A DNA stretch of 64,000 nt from Trichoplax adhaerens (taxonomy: Eukaryota > Animalia > Placozoa), in NCBI RefSeq assembly GCF_000150275.1, contig NW_002060974.1, positions 342,633 to 406,632 on the forward strand, read 5' to 3'. A model generated the notes under the pieces. It worked only from the letters and a program-made list of their open reading frames with translations, made no database searches and was not told where the DNA came from. The position numbers and the translations under genes are program-made. Below are positions 38,346-51,200 of the stretch, piece after piece (the first letter of the stretch is position 1; every line of letters begins with the position of its first letter).

Positions 38346-41300
38346 AAATTGCTCCTCCCTAGGTTCTTCCTGAAAGGTCTTCAGGTTCTTTTATATGAAA
38401 CATTACTTTACATTGTAATATCATAAAAGCTACTTTAGGACTAGTGTTACAGTCATCAACTAATCTATGTGCCAGAATAGATATAATAAATAATTCATTA
38501 ATAATTGATGTGAGCATGTTAAAATGTCAATCGGTTTTTATAAATTGATGCTCATGTATGAACAATCAAACTGGATTATTAATTCTCTTGTTCGTTGCTA
38601 TTTTACGTCTGCTTTAATGCGAGTTCTCGTAGACCTCTAGTAGAGCTAACATCTTGATAGCGCAGTAACATTTAGTAATCTTAAAATGAAATCATCGAAA
38701 CTGAGTAGAATTCAATTAAGTTGTGGTAATATAAACTTTCATATGAGGCAAAAGAAATAGTCGTTAAATAGATAAATCTGCTATATTTCTTCAAATTTAA
38801 TTGCTGCTACTATTTTTGAATTGATGTTGTAGAGACGCGCATATCAGTGTCAAAATGTTAATAAAAAGAAAACAAGACTCGTAAATTAGCGAAGTAACAG
38901 CCATTATTTTGTTTAAATCAGTAATATGTCAGTACAGCGTAGTATATAAGCTTTGCAGGCACATTTGATATACTTTGTATATGCAAACTTAATTTTTTTA
39001 TCATTATAGGTACACTATGATAGTAAATTAATTAATGATCGTAGTTCAAGGGTTCAAAATCTCCTTAAATTACAAAAAGAAGTTACTAACACATGTACTT
39101 CGAAAGAGTCGAAATCATCATATCCCTATAAGCTGTAAGGTTATATCTTGACAGCAAGACATTTTATACGTCAAGACCTTGACACATTAACAATGTGTTT
39201 TTAAAAAAATGTGAGGCAATAACGATCAATGCGTTAGCGTCGATATCTAAAAGCTTCGCTAAATGGCAACAGCTGCATATAATGTCTTTAGAAAAGAGTT
39301 ATCCTCAACTGTTTCATACAACAACTAATCTCAAAACCTAAAATCCACTCGATAATTTTTTCTGGCTACAGTAACTCTACAGTTAGTTGATATTACATAC
39401 TTATAATTGATGAAGTAAATGATTTACTGGACTGTTTTTTATCATCCTTCTAAAATTCTTATTTTAGTTAGGGTTTATACTTTATCAATCGTTCGATATA
39501 ACTATGCTGTGCATAAATCGAGCCATAGATACATTCCAAAAATATTGTCAAGAATGCGTGAAAACTTCCAATATTAATTGTCAACATACGTATAATTCAA
39601 GAGCAAAAGATGTTTTACCTGGTGTCAGGAGGGTGGTTTCTATTAAATTTTATGCCAAATACGATTTTCGTTTTAAGAAAATAAAACTGTTTTCAAGCAT
39701 TTCTTAGCTTTTATTATATCAATTTACCGTTCTGTCTTCAATTTAATTGCTGTTGCTGTATCCAGTAATCTTAATTTGAAAAATTTCAGATATTTTTGTC
39801 TGCTATCTGATTGATATATATGACATAGACTAGCACTAGTGATGGCGTCCGTGTCCGATGATAAGAATTGATCTATATAAAACTAGTAAGACTTTGATAA
39901 CGACCGAATCAGTAATTGTTTACTCTCGCGGTATATATTGTTTAGTAAATATAATAGAAGTGTTAATGCTTTCGTATGAATTTAGTCCATACTAAGGGGC
40001 TATGCAATGTGCCGATGCATTCAGAAATAGTAACAGGTTATACGATAAGAATAATCTTCTTAATCGGGAAGCTTCTGCACCCGATACAGGAACAGTAGCT
40101 TTATAATGTTATTTCACTACATAACATTATGTAGATAAGTAATACAGTATTATAACATGTAACGGTATGCATATATGTTATTTACTCTAATCAAGTATAT
40201 ATGTAACATATATAATACTTTGCTATTGATCATATTGAGGGCGGAAATTAATTTATATGTTTGGATCTATAGTTTAATATATGTAATTGATGAAGTACAG
40301 TAACAGGCCAGACGTCATTCCATTGATGGATGGATGTTCTATCTTAGAATAAGCTGCTCACATATTGCATAACGACATCAAACGGTTCATTTTTAAAAAG
40401 AACTTGAAAGAGAACTTAATCTAAGTTCTAGACTAATTTAAATCATAAAATATCTACTTCTGCTATCGATTTAGAATATTAAATAGGGTATTCATCTCTC
40501 AACAAATACGTCCGTTAGTAATTAGGAATTACAAATATTTTAATGATATTCAACAAGTTAAAGAGCAGGCGAACTTTATCGGTTTTTAGTTGCAGTTCTA
40601 GGTGATAGCCTTTAGTTAAAGGTATATCACCGTAATGAGGGATAGCAAATTTGTTTTTGATTAGATGATAGAACTATAGCACTGGTACTACTCTGAATTT
40701 TATCCTACAGACAATTTTTATCGATATGTATACTATTCTACCGTACTATTGGCTTTTTTAGCTCAATTTTCACAATTTAGTACTACTCGTCTAACCGATT
40801 ACTCAACTCGCTTTTTATATAGATGTTACGGAGCTTGATGCTCCTTGCGTATAACTAGTAGTAATTTACGATAGTAGAATAACTGTAATGATATACTGTA
40901 TTGCACAATTATATAATTTAACGTGAAAGATTAGCACCGGGGTTATTTGTGTGACATATGAAATTGTATATAAGCTTGATGTCACAAAACAGCTTTGCAA
41001 CAAGATAACGTAATGTACGATTAATAAGTCAATTCCTTGAACCACGTATCAAGGAATGATATCTGCACTATCAGAAACACTTTCGCTCTACTAGCAGCCT
41101 ACACAAAGACTTAAACGCCTCGTATTTTACGTTAAATACTAAGTTTGAGAATCCACTTTATTACACGATATACTGCATTTATATACTATTCCTCAATAGT
41201 TCATGAGTCATAGTTAATACGATTAACATTGGAATCATTTACTGAATTAGATATTAATTTTAGCTACTGCTCCCTTAATGCAGACTACAGTATTTACGAA

Positions 41301-42370
41301 CATAGACATGTGATGACTAATACAGAATAGTCAGATTACGATATGTCCTATCACGGAACATTTCCACGATAATTTACAATCTACCAAAAGTAAGTTACAG
41401 TCACAATGATTTGAACTGCAAGTAGATGATTTGCATTCCCTATTGTAACTATTAATTTCAGTATGTGTATATGTGTCACTGTCATAAAAAGTCAGTGCTA
41501 TATTAAAATACAGTATATCCAAATTAGAAGTTAACTAAATAAGGATAGGCTAAGGATTATCCTAACATAGATACTTCTACTCTAATACAGTATTTAACAC
41601 TGTCACACTTGATTATTAATTTTTAATCTCAGTTCCACTGAGGTTAACGTAGAGTACACTGGTACTAACGTAAACGGGCTAGTAATAAATATATTTATTA
41701 ACCTAAACCTATCGTTTGACTCGATTACTATAGTATAGGAATAAGTAAGTTTTCCCTTACTGAGGATCTCCGGAGTTAGTTGGAGAACCATAAGAGTAGA
41801 TAGATTAGTTTAGGTACGATTACCAAAGATGTTTTGTGACAACAGAACATACTTTAATAAAGTAATTAATTAATAAGGTTTACGCTTTGAGTTCGCCGTT
41901 GTCACACTCGCATTTACATTAATTAGTAACAGACTTATAAGTGTCTTCAGGTGTCGATTAAATCCAGTTAATTAGATAAAGTAGAAAATAATGCAAAAGT
42001 TAAAGTTATAGGAAATGCACCCAAATCCTCACTTCATTATTGCTTTCTTCTTGGCGAATAGAAAGAAAAATTGGATAGAAAAATCAGCTATATGAATGAG
42101 CTGACCGTTGTGAAACTTGTAATAATAGATAAATTTAATATTAACATAGTCAAAATTTTATTTATTGCAATGTTACATCAATATCGTACGAAAAGAAATT
42201 AGTTTTGTCTGTTAATAAATTGTTACGATTAATTTATTTGTTATAAAGATTGGACGGATTTATGAACATTAGAATATAGAAAATAGATTCCACTGCCGTG
42301 AACATTGATTGATATTAAGAAATCTCGAAAAATTCCTTATTTAGTCTTATCTAGCGTTTATAACAAATCA

Positions 42371-42707
42371 CTAGCCGCTAGGTTGTGTTACACTTCTAGC
42401 TTTATTTTCTAGTTTAAGCCCAAACTCTTTAACAACTCTAGTCCTATTTTTTTTAATAAATCACAAAGCTGTATAAAATCTTTGCCATCATGTCGATTAC
42501 TCAAGATATTTCAAAGATGGCTTGCTCGATTCTCTCGATGCGGAAGAGCTTTTATATTATTAACATCTCTTTCGCTCAATATAGCAGACGAAACTAACGA
42601 GTGTAATAGATCATCCGTAGGTTCGACTTCAATAAATTCTTGGGCATAACTGCTAAACACGGAACGCAATTGTGATTTTGATATCTCTTCATTTGTTGTT
42701 GGTGAAT
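42371..42707 (-). pseudogene. CARD-like death-fold exon with a premature stop and a probable frameshift
   Basis: Phase-1 acceptor (tgtag|AT TCA CCA), then SQLRSVFSSYAQEFIEVEPTDDLLHSLVSSAILSERDVNNIKALPHRENRASHL*NILSNRHDGKDFIQLCDLLKK. This is the CARD pattern (L..L....ILS......I......R.....L...L..R....F..LC..L). In-frame TGA at 42511-42513, and a likely frameshift in an A8 run before RTRVVKEFGLKLENKAR. Confidence 0.6.
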
Positions 42708-45002
42708 CTACATTTGGGTGGAATAAATCAATTGTATGATGAAGAAGGCTAAAATTAAATCTATTAAGAATAATCAGTCTAAATATCATCCCAGTATATA
42801 AAATTTATTAACTGCATTTAAGAGCTTGTTACAGACTATAAATTAATTCGATATGACCCTTGCATTGCAGTAACATCCATAGTTTGATCAATTGAACTAC
42901 AATTTTAAATTTAGATGTGTTTAATTCAATTCTTCAGATTTTACTTGAGTTTATCTCCGAAAAAAATACGTACAAATTATCATTATATAACTGTGATATG
43001 GTTAACGACGATATATTGTTAGTACTATCAGTAGATATAGACAGTAGATCTAATTTAATCTGATTATTGCGTTGGCTGCCACAATCTACTGTGGCTTTGC
43101 AATAAGATAACGTTAAATTCAAGCTCAATTACCAATCATATTACAAAGCATACTCTGTAAATATAAATACTCTTTTGAAGTACTGTAGTTACAAATATTA
43201 GTATTAGTATCGCAAGAATGAAGTTATATTCTATTGCCTATTTCATTCAGGTGCATTTATAAGCGTGAGATCCTGATAGGACTATATTGATGTTTAATCT
43301 AAATTACGGTATAAGTATACTAATTACGGCAATTAATAAATTTACCATGACATAATCATAATCTTGGCCATCATTACTTGTGTTTTTTTCTAGATCTGGT
43401 AAGCTCAGCTAAATTACAAGCAAAATTTGTGGTTCTGGGTCATACTACAAATATCCGATCTCAATTATCCTATAAGAGTATTAAATTTATCTAACGTACT
43501 ATTTCTAATTCGCCTTGGCTTGTGTCGTGATATTATATATGTTGTTGGAAGGTAAATGCTTTGAATATTTAGTACTAATACAAGTGCAGGTAACAGACCA
43601 GTAATGAAAGCTTGAAAATCTTCCACCACTTTGTTAAAGGAACAAATATAATGGCTACATTGCTACAAATGTTCGCTCTCATAATTTAGAATTGAAGAAT
43701 AATTCAAAATCTAACAGTTTTTCAGTAAATTTCAGTTACTAACTGGCATTCTAATAAGAATAGTCTGCTCTTCTCAAACTAGTTACCTATCTAATTTAAT
43801 CATACGAAGAAACATACGAAGAATCACAGTTGTTATTAATCATGATGATTCATTAAATTAAATCAAATTGCTTCGTTTGCCATATTTACTATCTATCACT
43901 GGGAAGCTTTTGCATATCAGCCGTTGCATAACTTTCATCAGATAACTCATCCAAAAGTGCTTTAATTATAATGATTCATGTGTGATACTTTGCAAACTTT
44001 TATCATACTTTCTAAGTATTAATAACTAATGTTTAAGTAGCAATACTATGTAAATTGATTGATTTTCAATAAATCTTGGATTCAGCCTTCAGTCTTGCCT
44101 AGAGAAAGACATATAGTTTACTACAACTACCTGGCGATAGCATTATTGTTAGTATTTGGATTTGTACTGAAGGAAAATGTTGGCGAATCAAACCTGACAA
44201 CATGCTGGTGGTATTTGATCTACTATTTTTAGTTTAATTTCTTCGTTACAAGTTTCATTTGTGACATAATTAAGCAAAGTATAGCAGTGGCTAGTATATT
44301 AAGAATGTTGGCAAATTAACTACGATTAAATACGGTACTTATTAACATCATTTTTTGCAATACAGCATCTTGGGATTTTAAAGTAAAAGTAAACACCTTA
44401 ATCATTTAACGAGATATCTAGTAGATTAAATATCTTTCGTCAGTTTGAATGCGGATGGTCTATAGATACTGTATGAGATCCTTTAGCAGCTTTTAAATAC
44501 TGCGACTTTACTCCTTATTTTAGCCATTCAGTATAATAAGCCATTAACAGAGCAGTACTAAGCGATAGCGTATAAGCCGGATATTCCTCCACGTCGAACT
44601 ATTTCGCTTATACAGCACTTTATCGTGAGTTAGTCGATATCGAATTCAAATTACGAATAGTTAGAAACAGAAAATATATTATTGTTTGTCTCATACGCTA
44701 TTAAAAGCCAATAATGTTCTCAGTAACATGACAGTGATTAGTTTTACTCTTTTAACCGTCGAAATTTCTGCTCTGTAGCATGTAAAGAAATCATCATAGT
44801 GCAACAGATAAACATTAATGTTCATTGATTAAGGATTTTAAATAAGTAAATATGCAAATACAGATTGAACGCTCGAAGATGCGATTTTCAATGTTCTTTG
44901 CAAGATTTATTATCTAGCTTACACTAATCATTAGTCGTTCAGATTGTACGACGATTGGATTAACATGACTTTAATGACTCAGATTTCTCTTTCTGATATT
45001 TT

Positions 45003-45280
45003 TCACTCTTTCAATATTAATTCGATTTGATCTGCTATGTCGTTGACTCCAACCTTACGTAATGCTGAAATTACTTCCTTATGATCAGCATCTTGGCCTT
45101 TCTTTTGCTTCCACAACTCTAGTACTCGATATTTTTTTTCGTAATCACTATCAATTTTAGTGCTTGATACAATTTCATTTATCTCATTATATGTTAAATG
45201 TAATGAAATTCCCAATTGAAATAATTTACTTATAGGAAGTTTCGTAGCGATCATGTCGAAGTACGTCCTAAAAAGTTCTT
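45003..45280 (-). CDS. Terminal Death-domain exon of the NB-ARC/Roc-COR gene
   Basis: FDMIATKLPISKLFQLGISLHLTYNEINEIV...YEKKYRVLELWKQKKGQDADHKEVISALRKVGVNDIADQI: canonical DD pattern with a phase-1 acceptor. Confidence 0.85.
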
Positions 45281-48200
45281 CTATATTAAAACACAGTTGA
45301 TAGTATTAGTAAATTAGATCCATTTGATTCTCCCAGCTTATAATTAGGTCTAAATAGTATCATTGATAGTCATTATCTTCAACAATTTCACCTCATCACA
45401 ACCGTACATCAAACTGGTATGCTAGTTTATAAAGCAAACTGTTACTAATACTACCTGTTAACAAACGCTAATGTCAGTATGAAAATAAATTTACATACAA
45501 TGAGCCATTATAATAAATCATTGGAAGTGTACATTAAAAGCTATTGCATACTGTATCATAAAATATTTATTTCTTGATAATGACAAAGTTTTACATTTCT
45601 CATACTATTATAACAATTATAAATTGTTGAGAGATGAAATAAAGACCGTAAATTTTTTTTAAAATATCAAGTAAGTATACGCGTGTTACCTTGTCTACTC
45701 GAGGTTATTGGTATTTGATGTTTCTGTTGGACTTGTTGCGGTTGATCTAGATAATATAGTTTCGTTACATTAGATCTTTTAAAACCGAAGATTGTAATTT
45801 TCCGTAACCAATTAACGGACGATCAAAATTTTGATTAGATAAATACAATCACTTCTTATTCATACAATAAATTATTATAGTTCAATAAATGGTGAGGTTT
45901 ATTCAGTAAACGTAGAGTAAGTTATAAGCCTTGTCCTACAAAAAAGCCCTTTACTACATGATCTATCAATCAAAATTACTAAAATATCTGACATATACAG
46001 TTCTGGGTGATTTTAAAGCGCTCAAACTAGATAAGCTTTACTAAAATTGTAACGCTGTATGTGGTCGGAGTTATCCTAATATTAAAAATCTATTTAAGAC
46101 CACAACAATGATGAATAAAGCGCTTTTAGTGGTTTCTCCAAGTTCTTCGTGTGTTACACTGACTACTATAGTTGGTTAGGGATCGCTAAAGAAAGCGTCG
46201 TTCCTTTTTTAGTAGATTGCCTAGTGCCTTCACTCTAGATTGGTTCTAGTCTTTATTACTGGCGTAACGATATAGCAGTACTAGTGATAAGAGAGAAAAT
46301 ATCTCTTCTCACTGTGGTATTATACTTAGTGAAATTTTAATCTGTAAGAACTAGTTATAAACAAAAATAAAGATTAAGAATTGAATTTGAGCACTACAGA
46401 TGAGGAAATGGCTCCTAGCTCGTTAAGCTAGACTATGAACTTTGAAGCAAGAATAAACACCTGCTATTTTGTAATAATAAAGCCAATTGGCTTATAAAGT
46501 GATGATCGAAAAATAGAAAAACTTGTTGCTAATAAATGTTGCTATGTACGTAGAGAATCATCGTCATTCATTCAGAAATGATACAAAATGCAACTATGTT
46601 CTATAAAACTAAATTAATAATCTCTCAAAATTGAAACGATACCGGCATTTGTTAGACTAGCATCAATATTCTTAAGCGTTAATCATATATTATCCATTTT
46701 AATCCTAACATGCTTAGAATTGGCCAGTGATGATCGATTCATCAAGCCTGTCCAATTCTTGCAAACTCATTTCAATATTCTATTCTTATTGCAAGCGAAC
46801 AATCGATAAATGAAATCTACTGCAGTTTCATTATAATCGTAACTTATTAGTCAATTTGTAAACTGCGCCATTGGTATCCTATTTCTATATTCGTGAAGCT
46901 TTATATACTCTATATCAGATAATAACTTGAAATACAACTATTAAGATGATTGATCGCGCGTTTGATTTTAGGTATGGTAATGAATATTGAGCAAATGAGT
47001 CAAAATAGAAGATTATCTTGTTAGTGACTTGATAAAGAATAGTGTGATCGATAGTCTAAGCGGACTTACGATAGCTTTGCTGATTGTTATCTTGTCTTGT
47101 ATTTTGAGTTTGAATTTGAGTTTGTAGTTCATCTTGATTGCCTTTGGATGAAAAAAATCAGAACACATTGGCTATTGCATAGAAGAATGCAATAGATGAA
47201 ATTTTCGAATGTATGGTATGTTATTGTATAAGTTTGTAAATTTACAAATACCTAAGCTTTAAAATATCGGTAGCGATTTAGCTTACTGTCATATGTATGA
47301 GAAGATTATTGCAAGACTTGTTCTACATGTAACATTATGATCTTATATAGAAGATGCCTAGTATAGTAATATCCTAATATACGAATACTTATCATATACC
47401 GTTTAAGTACTGTATTGTATTACATTCATAATGTACGACATCATGACTACATATAGACGACATGCTATACATATAAAGACATTATCTCAATCCCATCTAA
47501 AACCTATAAATACCCTTGTACGCTAACTCGTTAGTCAGTTCCTACATTCCTGCTATCTCAAATACCTTATCTATAACAACCATATCATTGTTAGTCTGTA
47601 ACTTGTATCTCAATAAAATCCTTTATACCTTCTATCATCGTCTACCTTAAAATACTTTACGCTACTTAAAGAAGATATCATTACACTACAGAGTAGAATC
47701 TGGCTTTCTACGCTTTAGTAATACTTATAACAATCAAAATTCAAAACTATTCTAGATATTCATATTTAAGAATAAGCAAACTATTTGCAGAAAAAATTAT
47801 AAAGTAGTGACAACAAGGTAAGACTACTGAAAAAACTGAAAATTGTAAAGAAAAGTTTAGATTTGCTCTGCAACTGTTGTAGAGAAGCTTGTATTGCAAA
47901 GTACTGTTGGTGGGAAAGACGAAATTTTCGAATGTATGGAATGTTGCCACACAAGTTTGTGAATTGCAAATATCTAAGCATTAAAATATCAACATCGATA
48001 TAGTTTACAGTCAGATATATAACTGATTGAGCCATGAGCTTAACGTTGAAGTTAAATTCTTACATGAAATCGAAATTAGTAATATATTAACAGATGAAAG
48101 CGCGGCTGCATGTATTAGTCGTAGTGATAATTAGAGAATGGCATATATTCGAAACTTAATAGATCATGTACTAAAGTACCATACATAAACGATTGCATCG

Positions 48201-51200
48201 AGTAAAATTGAGAGTTCTTCTTACCAACAGTTTGTTTTTAGCTGCAGTTACAGCTTAGATTTTGTTGTAATAAAGCTTAATTCGATTTTAGATATCAAAT
48301 TAGTCTGATCTAAGTATGCAACACTTCTGCATATTGACAGTAACTTTCAACTAACGTCTTGTAAATACGAGTATAATCTACGAACCATTATTTACTTATA
48401 TTGCCCATTACATAATACTAGTTAAAATTATTTATCTAAATAAAACTTTAAAAATTGATATTAAATTATTGAATTATAGAATAATTTTAGTACAAGAATG
48501 ATACAGCTAAATATATTATAGTATCTACAGATAATGAATGAAGTTAAGTTACCAATAATTTAAATTAAAGCAAAGGTAATACCTTCATCTCCTTTTGATA
48601 TAACCCTTCGCTTTTTGGATCGTGCTCGTGTATCTAAGATAAACGTAGCGTAATAAAATTACTGATTTCCATCACAATTCTGTATCTGATATTGAACTAA
48701 AATAATACTGCTCAAATACTATGAAGTTAATTTACCAATAATTTAAATTTAAATTAAAACAAACGTAATACCTTCATCTTCTGTGAGGGAAACCCTTCGC
48801 TTATTGAATGGTGCTTGCGCATCTGAAGATAGAGGGAGTGTAGCAAAATTACTTGATTTCTATCATAATTCTGAATGTATAATATAATATCAATCTAATA
48901 CAACTAAATACTCAGTTACGGTCTATCATCTGTGATGGAGATTAGTTTTTAGAATTCTCCTTCAAGTGTTTGTAATGTGATTATTCTAGCTTAGTTTTGG
49001 TATCGTTTTAAGTATTCTAGCTTTAAAAATATGACTTATCTGGCTGATTGCAACAGTAGATTTTACTTACTATAGTATCTTAGCATATTGTAAACCCGAC
49101 TGCTTTATTCGGGTTGAAATTTAAGATAATTATTAGCATAATTGTTTTTAAAATTAGATGTCATAAGATTGTAATTCAAATTTTGTAATAGAATATATTT
49201 GTAGCTAATTTCGATCATTAATTACAGTAGAAGTTAATATCACTATGATTTCATACTGTATGAACCCGAATTTTCGATCTGGGTTCCAATTTAAGATTAT
49301 TGCTTTGTCTTAGTATATACTGTCGCAATCTACAATTTTAAGCTAAACTATGATTATATTAATTTAGTAATTTAACTAGCTTGTTCAGTTCCTAATTTCG
49401 ATCGTAATAGACAGGCCTGCAACGAGGACTTATACCAATAGAGTATATTATAACATTAAAACTCTTCTAGTAGTTCTATCCTCGACAGTAATAGCAACTA
49501 GAGAAGTTTAATCGCTCACAAAAAGAAGATATTTGTGACACAAGGGTATAATTTATCGTTATTGCGTGTGTTTGATTACTAGTATAATTTAGAGTACTTT
49601 AGAATGATAGTTAGGTAGTCTAATACCACTAACTACTCCGCGTAGCATATAAAAGGTGGCATAGTTCGATAGTCTAGTACAGCTGAAGATAGAAAAGACG
49701 AGAAAAGTCAAGGATAATCGCGAGTTATCTCATTGATAGTTTGGTTGGTTTAGGCGGTAGTTCTGCTCATATTTTGTTACTCATTTAAGAAATTTTGCTA
49801 AGATTGTTGTTGAAGTTATAATAAACTAGTGTTTCCCCTAATTTATTTTGTTTGGAATTCCATTATTAATAGCTTAATTTAACTTAGCTTTTTTCGTTCA
49901 ATAATAACATCCATGAAATAAAATTTACAGTGGCACTACATTAACGTTAGGCGGATTACGTAAAAGTATTCTTTACACGTTACCCGTAACTTATGTCAAC
50001 TTTGTGCAAAATTCTTAACTAAAGCGAAGCATTTACTCTATTTTTGATAATTTTTGATAATTTTGATAAGGTTCAGCAGTAAATAATTCTTGTAGATTCT
50101 ACAGCCCAGATGCAATCTCGTTTCTACTGCAATAAAGTTACTAACTTCATTGAACTCTATATGATATTAATTAGTAATAGCATCACTGTGTAATAAAGCG
50201 TCTAACTTTAAGCAAAGACTTCCGTATCCTGAGAAATATACTTTAATTTAAAGAAGACTGTTGCAAAATACATTTTACTGAATAGAACTTGGCTTTTCAC
50301 GCTTTGGTAGTACTTGTAACGATCAAAATTCAAATGATTGCATACGGTCATATTTAAAAATAAACACATCATTGCAGAAAATTGTAAAATAGTGATAGCA
50401 AGATAAGACTACTGAAAAACGGATGATTGTAAAGAAAAATTTCAGTTTACTCTGCAAGATTGCAGCAAATTTCGTATTGTAAAGTACCGTCCTGCAACGT
50501 AGGTGAAAATGGGGAAATTTTTGAATGTACGGAATGTTGTTACACAACTTTGTCAATTTGCAATTATCTAAGCTTTAAAAATATCGACATCGATATAGTT
50601 CACTGTCAGTTGCAAGAGCTAATTGCGCCGTGAGCTTAGCACTATAAAGAAAGCGGTTACAAGTATTAAGATGATTACGTCTTATTCTAAAATAGTATCG
50701 TACTTTATTACTAATTTAAAGCTAATCATAACTTTATCAATAAACATATGTGATAGTTCATCATCTTTCTTTAGATTTTGCAATGGCTGAGCAGTACTGA
50801 GCAGCCTTAAGAATGACATGTAAATAGAAAAGTTAAAATCGATAGAACTTATAATTGACGATTCAATGTTTCTCTTTTTAACCAATGCTAACTTTTATCC
50901 GTAAATATCATTAATATTCTTTCTTATCTCCACTAACACTTTAATCCAATATGATAAAAGTAGAGAAAAATTTCAGTTAGCTTGGCGCAATTTATGTATA
51001 TGTAAAAAGTTTTTTACACAACTTAGCAAATTTAGTTTAATTAATTAAATTTGAACTTAGCATTAAAGTTCAATTCTGATACAGAATCAGAATTACTAAT
51101 ACATTAGTGTATGTTGTTCCAATATCTACTACGATTCTGTTGTAATAAACCTTGGCAGCTACAACAGTTTTATTTGCAAAAAAACGGATCAACAGCTATT

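Noticed and set aside
49627-49682. Possible extra microexon with flanks like the 51-nt pair (ctatcttcag ... gtatta)
   Set aside because: It is 56 nt, breaks the frame and has an in-frame TAG in phase 1. At best a decayed or poison exon.
47747-50556. Similar short ORFs at 47747-48035 and 50323-50556
   Set aside because: They come from a non-coding repeat; frames are not preserved between copies and there are no transposase or RT motifs.
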